In this document: positions 10,201-24,118 of the stretch, in pieces
Position numbering within the stretch: the stretch's first letter is position 1
Layout: each line of letters begins with the position of its first letter
Assembly (NCBI GenBank): GCA_040357565.1
Contig: JBDODJ010000107.1
Source: Cercozoa sp. M6MM
Lineage: Eukaryota > Protista > Endomyxa: Ascetosporea
Length of the DNA: 38,639 nt
Direction: 5' to 3' (one strand)
Notes under the pieces: model-generated
The model's database searches: none
Told to the model about the DNA's origin: nothing
What the model saw: the letters and a program-made list of their open reading frames with translations, nothing else
Program-made: the position numbers and the translations under genes

Positions 10201-11778
10201 TGCTCCTGCAACTCCGTCAGTTGCTCTTCCAATTTTGACCGGGCTGAGTTACAGTAGGTTTATGACGCAGATTCAGTCTTTATCATGAAACGAAACGTAC
10301 CCTCTTCGTCGTGTATCTGGCGTTGCTGCAATGGTTTCCACATTTCGCTCAGTTGCGAGCACTGCACGAACACTAGCCGTACAGACGATACGACACAATT
10401 TGAAGTTTGAAATACCGCAGCGTCTACTTCCTTCCGGAGAGAGTTGATCGAGTTGTCAACTGCCGTCTGCAACGTTTGCTCGCCTTGAATTCGAGCAGCC
10501 ACCTCGATCTGCAGGGTGCGTTGAAGTGCCTCAACGACACTACGAAGCCGAACCGCGATTCCATCCACAGCCGCTAAGATTACAGTATTCTGATTAAATT
10601 TGCTTATGTCAAACAGTGCCGGGATCAATAGCACAGTTGTGTATGTACCACTAGCATGTCGTGCAATGCTGTCGATATCTTCACTCATCTCCGACCGCAG
10701 CGACGACACTGCATCTGAGTGATTGGACAAGACTTTGCGCACAGCGGTGCTGCCGGAACTCTGCACTTCCGCGACGGCGTCGAAAGCTCGCAACAATTGT
10801 CTCTGCGCTGCAGCTCTCTTCGAGTCAGTTTCGGCTAATCTCGATGCCAGAAGCTATCAAATTGCAGACGTAAGCAGGCACTGCCCAACTTTCGCGAAAG
10901 CTCGATCAAGCTCAATAAATTTTATACCTGCTCCGAAGCGGCAACGCGTGCTTCCATCTCCGAGCCAGCGCGCGCAAAGTCGCGCGCGATGATACCAAGT
11001 CGTTCGTTCGTTTGCGTCAAGTTATCTCGCGCACGCTCCGTTTGTTGCTGTGTTCGGCAAAAAAAGAAATCTCATTGAGTTGTTCCTGAGTATACATCAA
11101 GGTGTCAACACAAAGCATATCTCCACCTGTAGCTGTGTCAAGACACCACTGTGCATCTGAGCTGTTCGTTCTGCAACACCATGCTGCACAGAGTACTTTT
11201 CCGAATCAACAATCAGATTGTACCATGTGCAGCCGAGGCAGTGTGGAGTTCACGCAACTGCTTGTCGAATCGCATTTGGTCGTTACTTTGGGCAGCAGTC
11301 TCCAGTGTGCGCACTCGTGACTCCAACTCCAAAGTGCGTCCGTGAAGCGCGACCACGTCATCATCTTTGAGCGCAGAACGCGTCGGGAGCATCTCACGGC
11401 GTGGAGAACGCAACATGCTTCGCTCTCCCTCATCGCTGTCTAAACGGCGTCTCAACTGTGATACCTAAGAAACCACATCGATTTGCATTCAGTTGGTGCT
11501 AGAGAAACGTGCAAACGGGTGAAACCTGAATCTTCAGCTCGTGTTCGCGCCTGGCAGCGCTTTCTTGCTGCTCGTGTAGTTCGCGCACTTGTGCAGACAG
11601 TCGAGTGCAAACTCGCTCGAGCGCATCTATGCGACTCGATTCAACACGCTCGTCACGCGGAGATGGCACTTTTTCTCCGCGAAGATCACTACACAAAAAA
11701 ATCTATTGAGATACCAGCCGTGCCAAGTCTCGCGACGGTAAAAACAAGTCACAGTGCCACGTTCATGATTTCAGCCAT
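7274..11778 (-). CDS. N-terminal coiled-coil + acidic linker + C-terminal RCC1-like repeat protein (more than 20 exons)
   Basis: Spliced frame from MAEIMNVAL; RCC1 repeats VAAGTQHFAVI..MWG, VSCGSDHTVVLTHLGHVFTQGNGEFGKL, GDSHVAVLDMEGKVHTLG, SVWSWGSGETHQMG. Confidence 0.8.
7311..7384. repeat. 23-bp direct repeat, period 51
   Basis: GCGCAATTTTGGTAGCTGCTTCC at 7311-7333 and 7362-7384. Confidence 0.95.
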
Positions 11779-12435
11779 GGAGTGCCTCCGACGAATTGAA
11801 AACCACTTGAGTATGCCAAAGCGCCGTTAATGCGGCAATTTAAAGGCTGTCTTGCCGCTCCCCGCTGACCTAGAAGTCTGTTCCCTTTGAACTGCACGGT
11901 CGAATGTGCCGTGGAAGCTTTAAATGGGTAGAATGCGAACGCTTGGGCTTGGTATTTGTTTGGCATCTTGTGAGAAACGCTGGGTTCAAGTACTTATTCA
12001 CTGGGGAAAGACTTGCGAATTTAAAACCACGTGTTGGCTGCAGGTGTGCTTTAAAGTACCGAAATGACCTGTGTTAGATAAAGGCAAGTGAACTTGATGC
12101 CACGTGCGAAAGTGCGCTGTGTTCGGACTTTGACTGGGCGGAGGTCGAGTAACCCGCGCCTCGCTGTGTCGTCCGCAAACGCGTGTCCGTTCAGCTACGC
12201 TCAGGCCCACCCGATAGTGTGCGTTCTTGCGGGGTTAGAAGCCGAGGCACGTGTGCTGTCTTGGGAGTTGAGCCCGAGCGAGTTTTGTGTACTCGGGACT
12301 GAGAGTTTGGCGGAGAGCAAGGAACGTCTGAAGCACGCTTTTTGTGAGACTCTGCGGCGAGCGCCAAGCACACAGGAGGCACCCTGAGTCAGTCTAGCGC
12401 AAGACAGTGAGACGAAGTTTTGGCTGTTTTGAGAC

Positions 12436-14679
<2,244 letters not shown>

Positions 14680-14814
14680 CTCTCGTCGCAGTGAGCATTC
14701 GACGGAGAGGAGCACTGCAATCCTCATCAAATGTAAATATAGTACTGGGCGACCGGCCGGTGTCAAAGAAGACTAAGAAAGCATTTTCGCAACTTATTTG
14801 ACGACTAAATTACT

Positions 14815-17774
14815 ATGAGCGCTACACAACATGAGTTGAGCGCCAGCCTAGGTGTGCGATTCTGTGATTTTTCCTTTGCCACATTCATCACAATTTGGTA
14901 GAGACGAATATCGACCGCGAAAACTCAACGGAACAGGAAAATGAGGACCCCAATTCAGTGCGACGGTACCGATCCATTGATAGCTCTGAAATGCCAGGCA
15001 ATACTCTTTCTGTTTGGTGTAAAAATTTAGATACATGCTCGACCAGACCGACAGCGCCTTGTTGTTTTTTCGCTTCTTATCTATGGCCGACGTTGCTGTG
15101 AACTGTTCCAAAGGTACTGTATAGACATGTATCTACATATACGTCGAGTAGAGTTAGGGGGTTAAGTTTTTTTTTAACTTGTTACCTGTCCAGTGTGCAC
15201 ACTGTGGCACGACCTGTCGCAGCAACACCTGCACCAAAACTGGCGATTACCGTACCCGTTGTTAGCACAGTATCTAACCCACCAGCGACATGCCGAGCAA
15301 GCACTTTTGCTTGCCGAGGTAGTACTTGCAGTGCGGGCTCAAATATCGTGATTGTTTCGGCAACGTAGGCACTCCAGCGCCCAGCGACAGCGCCGAACAG
15401 ACTTGGCTTTGTACTGCCCAGTTAGAGTAAAGAGTGCGAAAAGACAGAGGAAAGGGTTTCTAGGGTCCCGTGGCTTGGCTTCGCGTCCCGAATGTGAACA
15501 ACATGCGCACTTCGATCTCGTATAAATCACATCAAACCCCCTGTTTCCCTCTAATATCACTCAAGCCACTTTGCCATTTTATACTACTCTAATACTCCTG
15601 GTATCCCTTGTAGTCCCCTGCCGAACGACACGCGCATGATGCTCGTTCGGCCTGCGTTGAACCTGTCCGGACAGTGGCAGGTCGACATCGTCGACTACAC
15701 GAAACGCACGACCGGTGGCTACTTGTACCTTCTCTTTTGCATCTTCGCACTGCCCTTGATCTTGACCTAACCTTGTGAATCACCCATCCCCTGTCAGTCC
15801 AAAACGCTACCGTCGACCAGTGCGCTGGCAGCAGCAGCGACTCCACGCAATGACGCACCGCGACGACTTCTTCGTTGACTGGGCGAACGATCGCTATGGC
15901 CTCGTCTCAGTCAACGGGGGTCCTCCTGTACCTTCGGCCTCTTTATCCCTTACCCTTTACCTTTCCTTCTACACGTCGTTGCTTGACATACACTCCCCCG
16001 ATGCCTTTTACATAACTCGTTTCTTTGCCTTTTGCCTGACTCCTCGCCCTTTACTTTGTACTTCGCGGATATGAGTGTAGGAAACAGAGTGCAGACTGGT
16101 GTGGTACTCAATGTACGAAGATCACTCGTAAATTCCCTTCTTATCTGTTATCTGGAGCATTTGTGCTGTTATAATGCGTCTTCAATTTAGAGAGGAAACG
16201 AGTCGTCTTCGCATGCGGCTGGGCAGCGCTATTCGCGCGGACTTTCGCACCTGTGTATTATAGGATTTTGTTTAAATGCGGCGTATATTTTGTGTGTAGC
16301 GAGGCGGTAAGTTGGTGGCAGTGACGTCGAATCGCCTGTTCCTACCGTCGCCCATATCGAGTGACGATGGTACCCGCACCATTGGTCTGACGCTATCGTC
16401 GAAACTTCGAGTGTCGCCGTGTGGCATGTTTTTGGCCCGTCTTAACCGTCACGAGGTGAGTCTAAGACGGCTGAGTGACGGTGTGACCACTCAGTACACC
16501 GTTGATAACTCTGAACGCACCGTGCGTGACATTTGCATCGACGATACCGGTGTTTTTGGCATGGTAAACACAAGTACTCGTGATTTTCTTTTATCAATCA
16601 TTATTGTACAAGTAGTCATGATTTATAATTGAATAGGCACGCGCTATTGTGACCATTGAAGTTAAAAAAGGAAGCAAGCGCGCCCTAAAACTGGTGCCGA
16701 TCACGCTGAGCGAAACTGAAGCTTCGCAAGAGCTCGTTTTGGGTGCTGGCAGTCCCCGCGCGGTCACGCTCGTACTTAAGCCGGGGAAGGCGATACCCCG
16801 TGTCGAACTCGACTTACTGACGGTGTGTAAACAGTATTCACCGCTGATTTTTCCTTTTGCAGTGGACGTTTGCACTGCTAGGGCACTTTTCGCATGCGAG
16901 TGAGCTCAAGGCAAGCCGTCAAATGGGCTTCTGCACTGTACCAAAATTTGTTTCTAAAAGCTGTAGTAAAGTTTACGCAACGTTGCAAACAGCAACGGAA
17001 TCGATGTCTTTTTGCACACCGACGACTGCGAGTTCAAGCTGCCTGCTGTGTACACCTGACTCTTTGCATCATACGGGGCCCCTGAAAGATGACTCCGCCA
17101 TGTGTTTCAGCCATATTAAGGGAAGCTACATGACACCTTTGCTGCGTTTGCACGGTAGGCTCTCTTCCATCTGCGCTATCTTAGTGACTTGTCAGAGGGT
17201 GTACAGGAGACGAGCTTCGTCCAGTTTTGCCTCCTGCCGTCATTTCAAACGTAAGCCTCAACCTAAAATTAACTGACCCCATCATAGTGCATCCGCGCGG
17301 GTGGTTGGATGTTTGCAGAGCAACAAGAGTTCACGCAGCGGGTTTCCTTTGAACCAGCGAGTTATCGCTATTGGTGGAACATGCGTTGTTGTGCCAATGC
17401 TGTCAGAAGGAGAGGTAAACTTAAATTTATGAAATGAGATTTCTTTTGAGTTTGCTTGTTTGCTTCCTCCCTTTCTTCAATTTCGACGCGGTACCGATAT
17501 CCATGTCTCCCGTTGTCGGAGTAATTTAGGCTGTCGTCATCGTGCTTGACATGGCTGTCGCGAAACTGGACCACGCTGTGGTAGCTTCATCACCATCATT
17601 GGTCGTTCTCGCAACCTCTCCCAACAAAATACCTTTACCTTTACCCTCATGTTCTTGTTTACCCTTCATTTATACCCCTCACGTCCCCAGCCATTCTCTA
17701 AACGAGGGTTTTCGGCGATTTTCTCCGATATCGTGAAGCGAGACGTATCAAGCCAAAGTCTGGTCGTTGGTTAG
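14815..17774 (+). CDS. F-box protein with uncharacterised beta-rich C-terminal region
   Basis: Spliced DSALLFFRFLSMADVAVNCSKVCTLWHDLSQ fits the F-box consensus; 3' exons are less certain. Confidence 0.65.
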
Positions 17775-18025
17775 TTATTTTCGTCCTGGGGTGCGGGGAT
17801 CACAAGCGCATGCGACGATAGTACCATAGTGTGATTTTTGAGTCAGTATTCAACTATTATTCCTCAAAACCATAAGCAATTATCTCAAATTTTACTCACG
17901 GTAATTAATCGAATGACTCACGTCAAAAATAACTCAAAAAATGATGAGTAACCGAACAGGTAATTACTCAAGGTCGTTATTTTTGAGTCGAGTCGAGTCG
18001 AGCACGAGTTGTTTCCGTTCGATGG

Positions 18026-18831
18026 TTAGGCGGACGGGTAGGTGAGGAACCAGTTGACGCCGGCCGACACGAGGCCGCCGATGCCGATGTGACCGTCGTG
18101 GAAGTTGCGTCCAGTGAGCGTAGGCATCAGGCCCGAGCCTGTGCACACGCGAGGATAGTCAAGTCATATGGCACAGTCCCATATAGTTGAAATGGACAGT
18201 CCATGTGGACACCATGGACAAACGTACCCTGCGAGGCAACGACCAGGTCGCCGCACGAGCCGATCAGCTGGGGGGGGGGTATATAGAGGGGTACAGTTGA
18301 ATAAGGGTTGAAAGTACCTTGAGCAGCAGGACCTTGCGATCCTTGCGCAGGGCCGTAAGCTTCTTCTTGGCGTCCTCCTCGTCGCCCTTCGCAGCAACAA
18401 CACGTGCTTTACCCCCCCCCAACCCCAGGTAGCGAAAGTGTACCACGATGAACTGACGAGTCAGAGCGGCCTCGCGCTGCTTCATCTGGCGTAGCTTGTA
18501 CTGCAGACACAGGACACACAGAGACATTTGGTTATTGAACATGTGGCTACACCGTGTACAATTGTACCAGCAGCAGGGCAAGCGTAGCAAGCACACCGAA
18601 GGCCCAGCCCCTGTTCGATAAGGTAAAGGTAGGTAAGGGGCAGAGGGCAGGGGGGGGGGGGGGTAAAGCAAAGACGCACTTGGTGGCCTGCTTGCCGTGG
18701 AACTTGATGTCACGCGACAGGAACTTGGCCTTACTCAGGTAGACGAGGTTGTCGTTGCACCAGTAGTACGCAAAGCCGAGTCGCGACAGCTGCTCGGGAG
18801 GGGGGTAAGTCGTCTCATTGAGGAAACAAGG

Positions 18832-18914
<83 letters not shown>

Positions 18915-19447
18915 GGGGTAAGCCGAGTATGACTACCACAGTGAGCACGAGAACGACGCGGTCCGTGTCCTTGGCTTTGAGCAGCGCGTTGCGCACCGTG
19001 GCGTACTCGTTGAGCACCTTGAACAAACGCGTCAGTTTACGCGCATCACGCGTCATCATAAACAAGCCCTACGAAACATAAACACACACATACACATGTA
19101 GGACTACACATGCACACACCCAAGCCAGCATACCTTAAAACGCATGCCTAGCTCGCTGTCGGGATCACGACTCAGCAGCGCCCTGTTCGGACACTCCAGT
19201 TTGCGCGACGAACAACGAAAAACGACAGTCACAGTACCACATGAGAAAACGCGACGCGTATTGGATCATCTATCAAGAAAATACCGAAAAGCCATAACAC
19301 CAACAAGCCATACAACTGTCAGCACCGGTCGATCACAAAGAAACACAAGTGCGAAAACGCTAACGCTACCTTGCCGAGCTTGTCGCGTCCATTCGCCGTG
19401 TTGAGGTGCTTCAACAAGCGCGCCAGCTCGGCGTGCGCGCACTTCAT
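18026..19447 (-). CDS. PEX11: peroxisomal biogenesis factor 11
   Basis: LNTANGRDKLGKMIQYASRF, RDARKLTRLFK, YYWCNDNLVYLSK, CGDLVVA, GHIGIGGLVSA. Confidence 0.92.
18833..18918. repeat. (GA)n microsatellite plus G run in a PEX11 intron
   Basis: direct observation. Confidence 0.95.
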
Positions 19448-19719
19448 CTGCAACTACACAGCAACAACACCTCTCCCATAAGATTTCGCTGACTCATCAC
19501 GCTGACTCATGGGTGCCGAAAATCGCCACTGGAAAACGCCCCCAAACACCACAATCACAGCCAATACGAACAATTTTACCTCCATTAGAACAATTCTACT
19601 TGCTGTGCAGTCACACTACTGCGAAATGTCTCTGCGACGTGAATCCCGTAATATTAAAGCTGCGTTTTTATATCGCGATCAGCTTTCAATACACGATTGA
19701 ACGTGTGTACGCGCGTGCA
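19448..19719. promoter_or_regulatory. putative bidirectional promoter (PEX11/AFG2B) with tandem CGCTGACTCAT
   Basis: 272 bp between divergent ATGs; 11-bp repeat at 19487-19497 and 19500-19510. Confidence 0.55.
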
Positions 19720-22700
19720 ATGCCTCTCCGCGCTTTCTTGGTGCAAGGAGCAGGCCCCAGCACTGCTTCGCGAGGGCTTTGCCGAATTCCTGCGCAACGG
19801 TTCGATGAACTCGGTCTTCAGATCGGCACCGTCGTGAGTCTTTCCTTCGAGATTTCCGACCTCCCCGCTGAGGCGAACGCTGACGAACTGAGCGATTTTA
19901 CCGGAGTCACTGTCATTTGTCGTGCCTGGCCGCATGTCGCGACGAACGTGCGGGAGCAGAACGAAGACACTGTGGCTTTTGACGCGTATTGCGTGACCCG
20001 TCCGCGCGGACCCACTTTGCAACCGGAAGAAGCATTCAAAATCCTCAAGACGCTTCAGTTGCTGTCAAGTGCACAGGCACTGAGCACAAGAATCGCAAAA
20101 ATTAGCTCGGCTGCGCAACTGGTGAATGTGTGCTCAGTCTGGCGCTCATCGCTTTCTGCAGTAGGTTTTTCACTTTTGGCTTTTGATGGGTTTTGCGTTT
20201 AATTGATTCTTTCGATGTGTTTTTGTTCTGCAGCGTTCGTCGTGTCTGCCAAAATCTTCGGAAGCGCTGCAGCTTTATCTGAAGCGACTGCCAGTGATGC
20301 CAGCAAGCGGAGTTATTCTTGCTTCGACCCAGGAGACGCTTCGCTTTCATTCTCCAAGCTCGTCGACGTACTTTAGGTGTCACGATGGTACGCGACTCGA
20401 AATCGATGCTGACATCGACAAGAAGAAGCAGGTGAAGTTGGCGCAACCAAGTGAAAGCAACGAAAGCAGCAAACCGAAAGTTCTGCCGGCCATTGGTGGC
20501 ATGGACGAGGCACTGCAACAACTGAGGTTTGCTTCATATTGCTTTTGCACTTTAGCTTTTATCCTTTTCTTTTTGTTGCATAAAGAGAGGTAGTGTCACT
20601 GCCACTGCTGCGTGGCGATGCGCTGCGTGCTCTCGGCGTGTCCTGTCCGGCCGGCGTGCTGCTGCACGGACCGCCTGGTTGTGGTGTATGTGATTTTCTC
20701 CAGTTCACGTATGCTGCGACCTCATCTGTTCTTAATTTACTTCGCCTGGCCTGTAGAAAACACTGCTGGCGCGTCGCGTCGCTGCCGAGTTCGACGCGTC
20801 GTTGCGAGTCGTCAACGGCTCCGAGATTCTCTCTGCTGTCGCTGGTGCATTCTTGCTATCGTGTCGGTAAATGGCCAAAGATGTGCATTCTTATTTCACA
20901 GGCGACACGGAACAAGCTTTGCGAAAGATTTTCGAAGAAGTACGTGCCGAGGGTACTATTAATTTGGGTCTCTCGATGTAGACATGTATACTTGTGTTGT
21001 TTGACAGCCAAACAGCGTCCATCTATGCTGTTCTTGGACGAAGTGGACGCACTGGCCCCTCGCAGACAGGAAGGTGCGGCCAGTGACACCTTTAGTGCCC
21101 GAATCGTTGCACAGTTACTGACTCTGATGGACGGCATATCACACAAATCCGACGGTACTGCTACCCATTTACGTGTACCCTTCTACCCACCGTCTACGGC
21201 TTCGCAGGCAAGGTGGAACGTGTCGTTGTGTTGGCTGCCACGAACCGGCCAAACGCCCTGGACCCGGCGCTGCGTCGACCCGGTCGCTTCGATCGCGAGG
21301 TTGAAGTCTCCGCGCCGAACGAAGAACAGCGACTGTCGATCTTGACGGTAGAATGCACTGCAGACTACCAAACTATCAGAGAAAATATAGCCGTTCTTGT
21401 ACAGGCACTGACGAAACGATTGCCACTGACAGAGGATGTCGATTTTGAGGACATTGCGCGACGCTGTGTTGGTTTCGTCGGTGCTGATCTTGGAGGTATG
21501 CACGTGTTCTCCGTTTCTGTTTTGCCTCTGCACTCTGTTGGACACAACTAGCCTTGTGCCGAGTCGCTGCTTTCTCGGCACTTAAGAAGACAAAAAACGC
21601 ACTCTGTGTTGGCATGGTAGACCTGTTTAATAAAGGCAACACTCTGTTACCGACGCTGATTTAGAACGACTTCGAAGCTGCACTGAAGCAGGTGTCTCCC
21701 TCGGCTCTGCGAAACGATGCGCTTGACCAGGGAAACAGCCGCACGGCACAGTCACTCGACGCTTTCGTCGGTTTCCGGTCGCAGAAGCAGCGCGTATTGT
21801 GCTCTCATTTAATCCGTTTTATCGCTTTTACCCATACATTCCGTCCAACTGTGCAGGTGCGTCGAGGTGTAGTGGTGCCAATGCAGCATCTCAAACAGAT
21901 TCGACAGGCCGGTTTGAGACCACCCCGAGGTACCTTTAACTGTGTACACCCATGTGAGAACTTTGTGGATTTATTGTAGGTCTGCTGATCTGCGGTCCGT
22001 CTGGCTGTGGTGCGCTGGACTTATTGTTTTTCAGTTTATTCCTGATACCTTTCACCGTGCAGGAAAAACGGCACTGGCGCACGCTGCTGCCGCTGAAGCA
22101 AAGACAGCATCCGCAGCAGCTGTATCAATCCGTTTCGATTGTTTCCTACCGTCTGTCCACATGGTTGCCTGTGCGAATAGGTGTTTGAAGTGCGCGCTGC
22201 GTCGTTGTTTTCTTCCTTCCTCGGCGAAACCGAAAAGAGATTGCGGTAGGACGTGTTTGTATTGCGTGTCCAAGTGTTTAAACAAGCATTTTTGTTTGTT
22301 TGTGTAGAGAAGTCTTTGCTCGTGCCAGACGGCACGCACCTGCCGTTGTCATCATAGACGATGGTGCTGTTCTTCGACAAAGTATACGCTATGCTTCTTT
22401 ACGTTACAGCGTGTGTGCAGTGGACACACTCGTACAACGACGTGAACTCGGCCAGAGCGGCGGCAGCGATGTTTCGTCGCGCGTGCTGTCGACCTTGCTA
22501 AACGAACTGGACGGCGTGCAGCAGGAGCGACGTGAGCAGGTACCGACTACAGTCTTTGCTTCTCTCCTCTCAAGCTATCTGTCTTGATTCTACTGCAGGA
22601 ACACGTCCTCGTAATCGCAACTGCAACGCACGAAGAACATTTGGACGCAGCACTGGTGCGCAGTGGTCGTATCGACGTGGTCGTTCGACTACCGCATCCC

Positions 22701-23205
22701 GACCGGTAGCTATTGACTGAATTTTCTGTCTAGTTATCATGAATCATGGTGTGCAGCGAGAACCGAACCGAGTTGCTGGAGCACGCACTGCACGAACGAC
22801 CACTATGCGCATCAGAAGCTCCTGATGTTGCTGCTCTCGTTGCACTCACTGATGGATGGAGGTACGCCCCGCCGCTCGCTGTTCGTCCATCTTGTGGATG
22901 CACGTTTGAGTGTGTGTGTGTGTGTGGTGTGTGTGTGTGTGTGTGGTGTGTGTGTGCGCGTGTGTGTGTGTGTGTGTGTGTGTGTTAGTAGTGCGAGCCA
23001 AGTTCTCGCAGTCGGTCGCGAAGCCGCTCTGTGCGCACTGCGCGATGAACGTTTCGCCTCGCCAAACGACGCCGTCATCACACAGGTACGCACCTCAGAC
23101 TACTCCTCGGACTGTTCGTGTATGCCGTGGTGTGAGCTTTGCTGTGTTGTGCAGCAACACGCGTTGAAGGCCATCGAGATCCTGAGCGGCCGCTCTTGCG
23201 TTTAA
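19720..23205 (+). CDS. AFG2B: AAA+ ATPase of the AFG2/SPATA5 family, most like SPATA5L1 (20 exons)
   Basis: N-domain CRI..FDELGLQIGTVVSL..ICRAWP..VAFDAYC resembles SPATA5L1; D1 GPPGCGKT/LFLDEVD/ATNRP/RRPGRFD; D2 GPSGCGKT/IIDDVD/SGRID. Confidence 0.85.
22910..22985. repeat. imperfect (TG)n microsatellite in an intron
   Basis: direct observation. Confidence 0.95.
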
Positions 23206-23410
23206 ATATCGATCAATACGACTTAAAATGGATGGCGAGGCTGCCGATGAGCAGTGTCTCTACGCTACGTTGCGATACCTCGCAATTGTCTGTTCAAATC
23301 GCAGTCGAGTGTACATATCGTAAAATCCATGAAGCTAACGTAGATGCAGGCAGTCCTAGCGTCGGTAGACGCCAGTCGAGTAATTCCAACTACTCTGTCC
23401 ACTGCCCAGC

Positions 23411-23889
23411 CTACTCAACGGTAAGCTCTGAGGCGTGCCAGTCCTCGTAGCTGCCGTCCGGCATGTAGCGTCGGATGATGATTGGAATCTTCTTGGCCTT
23501 GAGCTCCTGTACCAAGATAGGGAAAACTTGCATTAAGCGGGTTCAAGGAGTAGACACTGAAGCTACCTTCTCTGCAATCGCGAGTGGGTCAATTTCGCTT
23601 CCGAGTTCCACCATGACCGGTGCACCCTGAACTAACACCCATACAAACGTAGATCACACCCATTGTACATGTCCCACACCTGACTGATTTGAACGGCACG
23701 CGTGCCCAAAACGCGAGCCTTCTCGTACTTCGTCATGTACGGTGACGTGGCTGCACCCATGTGTCAATAACCAGCGCTACACAAGAGACGCGCACGTGGC
23801 CCAGAAATACAAAACTTACTGCGCTCGCTTCGTCGCTTCGATTTCGAAGCCTGCGCCTCGTCGACTGAAATTGCGTCACTGCGCTGCAT
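23411..23889 (-). CDS. RPB6: RNA polymerase I/II/III shared subunit RPABC2 (start codon uncertain)
   Basis: [63 protein letters not shown]. Confidence 0.95.
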
Positions 23890-24118
23890 CTCTTTTATCT
23901 CACGCACTAACCCTAGCAGCTTGAGAGGCTGTGAACACTTCAAAAAGTCGTTTCCAATGAATCCGACTCACTTTGAATCAATCTGAGCCCCAACAACTAA
24001 GATTGGAGGAATACATCATGTTTTGGTAGTACGCGTGTGCTTTCGAGTTCTTTGATAGCATTGGTTGCGCCAGACTGCTTTTGAGGCAAATCAGTGCACC
24101 CAAAAGGTGCATTTAGAA

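Noticed and set aside
11170-11226. Apparent non-canonical intron with CATGGT repeated at both ends
   Set aside because: A downstream TTGCAG acceptor restores the frame with ordinary GT-AG
14998-15046. GC-AG intron candidates (also near 8085, 8369, 16911, 29371)
   Set aside because: Each has a GT-AG or read-through alternative giving an equal or better protein, e.g. the proper F-box frame
15090-15520. Minus-strand gene with a GA-AG intron
   Set aside because: The region is fully explained by plus-strand F-box exons
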